Shown piece after piece: positions 58,042 to 64,000 of a stretch of DNA of 64,000 bases (its first letter is position 1; each line of letters begins with the position of its first letter). A program made the position numbers and the translations under genes. Under the pieces are notes generated by a model, which saw nothing but the letters and a program-made list of their open reading frames with translations, made no database searches and was not told the origin of the DNA. Source of the DNA: a virus; IMG/VR virus record IMGVR_UViG_3300022226_000003, positions 13,535 to 77,534 of that record, one strand, 5' to 3'.

Positions 58042-58545
58042 ATGAATATTTTCATTCTAGATAAAGATCGCATGAAATGTGCGGAGTATGCAACAGATAC
58101 ACATGTTAGTTCCCAGATAAAAGAACTCTGCCAAATGTTGTCAACTGCGCATCATGTGATGGCCGCAGCTAACCCTTTAATAAAAGATATTAATAGACTG
58201 CTACACCCTGCATTGTGTAAGCCCATAAATCCAAATCACCCATGCACTAAATGGGTGCGAGAAACCACCAGTAACTACCTATGGGCCATTGATTTCTTAA
58301 GACTCTTGGAATTAGAATTTGAATATAGGAAAGGGAAAACACACGAAACATTTCAAAACCGTTATGATGCAGTTAGACGTATGCCTAAAAATATCCCAGA
58401 AGGTCCCCGGACGCCTTTTGCGAGATGTATCCCCAAAAAATATACAGAAGAAAATATTGTGGATGCTTATAGGAGATATTATAATGAAGAAAAGTCCAGA
58501 TTATTTGAGTGGACTAATCGTGAAGTCCCCTATTGGATAATATAA
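58042..58545 (+). CDS. Pyrimidine-dimer DNA glycosylase-like protein
   Basis: MNIFILD...CQMLSTAH...NHPCTKW...YRRYY..K...WT.R..PYW. Confidence 0.8.
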   Translation: MNIFILDKDRMKCAEYATDTHVSSQIKELCQMLSTAHHVMAAANPLIKDINRLLHPALCKPINPNHPCTKWVRETTSNYLWAIDFLRLLELEFEYRKGKTHETFQNRYDAVRRMPKNIPEGPRTPFARCIPKKYTEENIVDAYRRYYNEEKSRLFEWTNREVPYWII

Positions 58546-58554
58546 GGAGCTCCT

Positions 58555-60455
58555 ATGGTAGATGTTTCTAAAATAAAAATTGCTTCCAAGATTCTTTCAG
58601 CTTTTTTCGAAAGAGATCAAATTCCTGATGATGTTTTTATAAAAACATGTGAATTAATGTGGCCGAGAGAAAACGAAAAGACTTACTCTAAAGAATATAT
58701 TATGACTGTGCTTAAAGAAGAGTTCGGCGAAAGAGCCAACTTTGTTATTGAATTTTTAGTTAAGGAGAATCTTAATGAGAAATAGACCAAAGTATAATTT
58801 TCATCCCGGGCAAGTAGTTATGGCTCATTTTTATGGGCTTAGGACTGACCCTGAGACAAGAGGTAGGAAACCTCATATTTTTGCACATTGGGAAGAGCCT
58901 TTCTTGGAAGATCCCGTTGCGAAAACTACTGATGGATTTTTAATATACGATCTCAGACCTTTAACTGTAAATGAGATAGGTATAAGCCAAATGAAACTCA
59001 CGAAACCGACGGCAGTTCTCAACCAGATACACGAGTACTTAAACAGGGGTACTAATGAAAACTGACCAAAAAATACAACTGGAAGACGATATTGAGCGCC
59101 AGGAATTTAGAGCTGTTCAGAAAACATTCACACACAGACAATATCCGACAATTCAGGTTTTGAGAAAAAAAGACTCTCACGGTGCTTGTTCTATTTTAAT
59201 ATATTTTGGATCACAAAAACTTGCAATAGAGAATGAGGATGACTCTATAGGAGATCATTACGAAATGATGGCGAGGGCTCTGTGTGAGGTCCTAGATGAA
59301 GCCACTGACGATACTTGCAAACTGTGATCTACTCATAAACTCAGAGATATAGGTTCAATATATGGACGAATTATTATTAGAAGCGATCGTGGTAAAAGAA
59401 TGTTTTGACGAATATCCTTTATTTAAAGACCTAGTCATTATTGTCCTTTTATTCTGTATCATAGGCTTAACAATCACTTGTATGTTCCTTTCGAATAGGT
59501 ATGAACAAGTTAAAAATTATTCTGAAAATTTGCGTAAAGAGCGATACGGCGATCGTTACCAAGCTGCCAAAGATTCAGTAGAAACCTTAATGGAGAATTG
59601 AGATGCTTATAAAAACCAAACCAGGGCATAAGTATTCTTTTAGTGGTGTTGAATATATGGTAGTTCGACCTTCGAACGTCCTTTTAAACTCCCGCATGAT
59701 AAAGAATATTGATGACGCTGAGAACAGATGTTTAGTAGTCAATCTGGACAACGGTCTTTTAACTATCCATAAGTACCCTACTTTAACACTTAAGTATTTT
59801 GCCGACATAGACAGTAAACCTCATTATATAATGTCCAAAACTTACGATGATATTTTGTCTGAATTGGAGACTATATACGGCTGCGTCGGTCCCGGCACCG
59901 TCACTTGTCCTCAATTGAAAAGAAGTTTTTATTTTGACGGGGACATCAGTCTAGTTTATGGAGATCTGAGTTTCATTATTACCAGCGCAAGTTTAGGAGA
60001 TATTGAAAATGAAAGATAGCCACGAATTATGGTTTCCGGATAACTCAAAAATTGAAATCACAACTGATCCCCTAAACCATTTCCATACGGGTTGGCCATC
60101 CTTTAAGTCGGAAATAATGCAGGCTTGTGGTGCTATCCCAATCTGGGCTATAGAATGGGCAACTGTACGAATGACGGATTCAATGGAAATAACATTAGCT
60201 GACTTCTTAGGAAAAGCTTATAAATTCGGCATGTATCCTATGTCCGGGACAATTGCAGAAGATGGCGTCTATTTATATCCCGAAGATCCTCCGCTTTACC
60301 CACTGTTGAAAATGAATTTTGTGGAGCCCACTAATTCAAAAATGCATCATGTTGAAAAAGAACACTCTTCAAATAAAGTAATGCTATATCAATACCTACA
60401 TGCGATTGTAGCCATTATTGAAAAAGGAAATACATTAGTAGTAAGAATGGATTAA
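58555..60455 (+). CDS. Run of six small hypothetical genes (58555-58785, 58775-59065, 59055-59327, 59362-59601, 59603-60019, 60009-60455)
   Basis: Tightly packed + strand ORFs, mostly with RBSs; no recognisable motifs. Confidence 0.55.
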
Positions 60456-60460
60456 ACCTA

Positions 60461-60545
60461 GCGGGTGTGATGGAATTGGTAGACATGACAGACTTAAAAT
60501 CTGTTGCCGAAAGGTGTATGGGTTCGAGTCCCGTCATCCGCACCA
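60461..60545 (+). tRNA. tRNA-Leu (TAA)
   Basis: GCGGGTG/CATCCGC acceptor; ACAGA-CTTAAAA-TCTGT anticodon arm; GGTTCGAGT; CCA end. Confidence 0.92.
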
Positions 60546-60646
60546 ACCTTAAATTATCAATGAGGAAATTGAAATGGAAACTTGTATTATTGAAACAGCA
60601 ACGGCCACATACCAAATATCTGATTCAGAAGAGATTGAAATGATAC

Positions 60647-61553
60647 GTGAAGAAGTCAAAATTGCGGCGTACTATCCCGAAAGAGAATATGTTGAGTGCT
60701 ATTCCGACATTTCTGAATTGGAGTTTTGAGATGACGTCAGCATGGAATCAAAAATTGTATATGTTGACAGCGGAAATCATGGATTTGATATTGGATAATG
60801 TAGAAGTTATACCTTCCACAGTTAAACAAGAATTTCATCGGAAAAGTTATTATTTTCAAACTAATATCAGTCAAGTTAAAATCATTGAATTGATAGAAAA
60901 AGTTTATTCTCAAGTGGAATGGTTCAGCTTTGCAGAGAGAACTCCTCCTGAACAAAAGAAGGTGCTGGGTAGAACAAAACAAGGAATTGTAGCATCCATT
61001 AGATATAGATACGGAAACTTAGGAGAACCTTCACAAGATGACTGTGGATGGCGTTGTGATTGTTGTGGGCGTCTCGGAGGATTCACTCACTGGATGTTCG
61101 ATTTAAACGAACCACGAACTTAGGAGATAATTATGAATGTAAACAAAATACCTAACCAGAGACCTAACAATGAGTAAGGCATCTCAAAGAAAAACTTCTG
61201 AGTATAATCACTGGTTTAAAAAGGGAATGGACTTCACGCTGGAGAAAGAAATCAAGGATTGGAATCTTTTTAAACAACTTTTTGAAACAAATAAATTGAG
61301 AGGAAAGTGTCGATCAGCTGCATTGACCGGTTTTGTTGCGGGTAAGCGTGAGATGGAATTAAAAGCTGAAAGAGAGCGCAATCAAAAGATAGGTGTCGCT
61401 ACTCAATTGACAGATACGCCTAAAGGGACTTCCGGTATTTCCATTCCGAGTTCTATACCCAAGGTAAAGCCCACAAGTACTTTTAAGGATAGTGAACCGG
61501 TTAGTGCAGCGGGAATTAAGTTGAGCCCAAGTAAAATTAAGATAAACAAATGA
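60647..61553 (+). CDS. Two hypothetical genes (60647-61123, 61170-61553)
   Basis: ORF track; starts uncertain. Confidence 0.45.
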
Positions 61554-61676
61554 AGGAGACTGTGAAAATGTTATTGAAATCTTTGGAAGAGCTCTTTTAT
61601 AGGTTGTGCTTCTGGGGAATTCTTCCCGGCATAATTATCTGGGCAGTTTTCTTATACTATATCTGGTAAAGGAGGA

Positions 61677-61823
61677 ATGATTGTGGATAGGAAAGATTAC
61701 GAGCCAGATTATTATCGATATGCCGAATGGATTGACTGCCCAATATGCGGCTATACACATCGGGAAGATTACAATTGTCGAACTGGAAAGCGAGAAACTC
61801 CGATGGACGTAAAGGAGAAATGA
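61677..61823 (+). CDS. 48-aa Zn-binding peptide (CPICGYTH....C)
   Basis: AGGAGG RBS; absent from the ORF track. Confidence 0.55.
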   Translation: MIVDRKDYEPDYYRYAEWIDCPICGYTHREDYNCRTGKRETPMDVKEK

Positions 61824-61834
61824 TTGTGGATACA

Positions 61835-61876
61835 GACTACGAAAGATCAGTAAAAGATTACGAAAGATCAGTAAAA
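61835..61876 (+). repeat. 21-nt tandem repeat (DYERSVK x2) inside small ORF 61820-61966
   Basis: GA(C/T)TACGAAAGATCAGTAAAA twice. Confidence 0.85.
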
Positions 61877-61985
61877 GACAGCAACAGAAAGAAAACAATG
61901 CTGGCAATCTTTGCTGCAATTAGTGGGTTTTCTATGGGAGTTGGTCTCGTGAGTATGTTTTGTTAATTTTATGAGGTGATCAAAA

Positions 61986-63257
61986 ATGAATGACAAAGAT
62001 TTACAAAAAAGAGTTGATGAAATATTGACCACGGCCAGCGGTGCGAGGTTCGTGAAAGAGACTGTTAGGCAATTGTACGACCAATTGGAATTGTCTGAAA
62101 GGCGTGCCAGAGCATTGAAGCACTATTATATGGTTCATGATGATACAAGAGTTAATTTATCGTTCAGCAAAAACGCTTGGGATGAATTGCCCAATAAGAT
62201 GAAACTACGACTTCTTCATGAAGCGGCCTGGTATAATGAATATGAAGAAACTGTTTCGGATGAAGATTTAATAACAGTTTTACAAAAGGTTCGAACACTT
62301 CGAAAAGAAATCGCGGACATATCGGGAGTCCAAGCCAAGCTGGAAACGGCAAAGAAGCGTATCGCGGAACTGGAAGAGGACAATATTCGACTCGCTGAAG
62401 GAATAATTAGTGGTCGAATCGGTCAGCTTGAAAGGGAAAACAAACGCCTCGACGCGGCTTTGGCTCAAGCAATTGACCACTACGAAGACGCAAAAGCAGG
62501 TGATTGTGCTATGGATACATGCGCTGAGACGATAATAAAAATACTTAAGAAAGCGAGGGCGGGGGAATGAGTTATGCAAATATAGACGCATCAAGCGGAG
62601 AAGTTGTTGCAACCGTAACCAGTGATAGTGAACATATCAAGGAACTGGAAAAGCGTATTGACGAACTGGAAAAGGCGCGAGACTTCCATATTGAGAGCGT
62701 AGCCCGTCATGTTGAAAAATCGCGAAAAGAAATCATCGACAAAAATAAGCGCCTCGATGCGGCTCTAGCTGAATTACTTCGATTGAAAAACCTAAAAGAC
62801 ACGCAGGGCAAAACACCCGAATATTTACGCGACCAACCGAAAGCATGGGAACAAGCCAGAAAAGCGAGGGTGGGGAATGACGATGGATAAGGAAGAAAAA
62901 ATATTATCTTTAGTTGGTTTGGCGTCGGTTCTTATCATAATCTTGTTTGCTGGTATTGTTGGTTATCTGGCGGGAGTGTAAACAATGGATAAGAGATTAA
63001 TTGAACGAGTAGAAACGGTGAGATGTGTTGATGGCAATGAACGTGGGCGCTGTGAAGAGTGCGACTTGCGCGACGACTTAGTTACAGCATTGGAAGCGGC
63101 AGAGCTGCGCATCGCGGAATTAAAGAATACTATTGCATCGTTGCCCCCGGTTAACTGGGAGGCGACCATATCGGAAGCCCAAGCCAAGCTGGAAGTAGCA
63201 GAGCGACGTCTTGCGGCACTGGAAAAAGCGAGGGCGGGAAAGCCAGATGAAATTTGA
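61986..63257 (+). CDS. Three coiled-coil proteins with shared ends (61986-62570, 62567-62890, 62985-63257)
   Basis: RIAELE / KRLDAALA / KARAG segments recur. Confidence 0.6.
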
Positions 63258-63919
63258 TAACGGTAAATATGAAATAAAACGTGAAGGTGATAGGCTGATT
63301 GCGTATCGATATGGAGAAGTTTGGAGAGACTTGACAGGAGACAATCTAATATATTGGATGGTAGAACGCGTAAAACAATTGGAAAGTGATCTCCTTTATA
63401 TTGACAAAGAGAATACTGAGAAACGCGAACGTATAATATATTTAGATAATGTTTTAAATTCAATTGAAGATTACGCGGACAGTAAAGGTTATGAAGGCTT
63501 GGTCAATCTTGTTCAACAGGGGAGGCTGGGTCCACAATGAGAATGTTAATTTAAAAGAGGAATTACGAATGTACAAATGGCACGAATTAGAGGTAACACA
63601 AGAAGAATTTGAACAACTAATTTTGAATGTTCTCAACGCTTCCGTACCGGTGGGAATGGGCTTCCTGAGCTATCAAGCTAGAGAATACGATATGGCTTAT
63701 CTTAAAAAGAATTTTGAAGATGCTTTCGAAGAAATTGTTAAGATCGACTGGCAAATAAGTTTTGATTATTTTGAAGGCAGGATGGTGAAAACCGGTTTCG
63801 TGAAGGAATGGCCTGGAAAATATTACATAACAAGATCGGATCCTTTGGACGTGGAATACCAGAGTTGGGCTCTCAAATACCCTACCATTCAAGATCTACT
63901 AAATTCATTAGAAAACTAA
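63247..63919 (+). CDS. Two hypothetical genes (63247-63540, 63569-63919)
   Basis: ORFs with plausible starts; the second has a FDYFEGRMVK motif. Confidence 0.55.
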
Positions 63920-63927
63920 TCTATTCT

Positions 63928-63998
63928 ATAGAGCTGACCTTCTGGGTGTCCCTTAATGGGATATCTGGGAGGTCAGCTCTATTTTTTTTTTTGTTTTT
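63928..63998 (+). terminator. Strong terminator: 25-bp stem, TTAAT loop, long T tract
   Basis: All five non-Watson-Crick positions are G-U pairs. Confidence 0.85.
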
Positions 63999-64000
63999 CT

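Noticed and set aside
1-64000. Stop-codon reassignment, introns or inteins
   Set aside because: Core genes are full length in the standard code with contiguous motifs; the tRNAs are not suppressors.

Overview
This 64 kb window is most of the genome of an AT-rich, long-tailed (siphovirus-type) dsDNA phage, with every credible gene on the + strand. Order: accessory virion/adhesin genes (1-8.5 kb); portal; a 1539-aa MuF head protein fused to a complete T7-like RNA polymerase; scaffold, capsid, head-tail and tail genes with a 2541-aa tape measure (to 34.5 kb); an early region with a sigma70 promoter and two candidate phage promoter motifs; a second T7-like RNAP; a T7-like replication set (SSB, PolA, exonuclease, primase-helicase), class II RNR, ligase, two tRNAs and many small genes. 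No terminase, lysin or integrase is recognisable in the window. The most striking element is at 49.9-51.7 kb: a small stand-alone RAMP/Cas7-like gene and a partner gene, flanked on both sides by non-coding G-rich arrays with a 5-nt (GGY-NN)n period punctuated by GGCAGGC. Each array is preceded by a CsrA-type GGA hairpin, and a structured RNA follows. This looks like a non-CRISPR RNA-guided system. All calls come from manual motif reading; no database searches were run.
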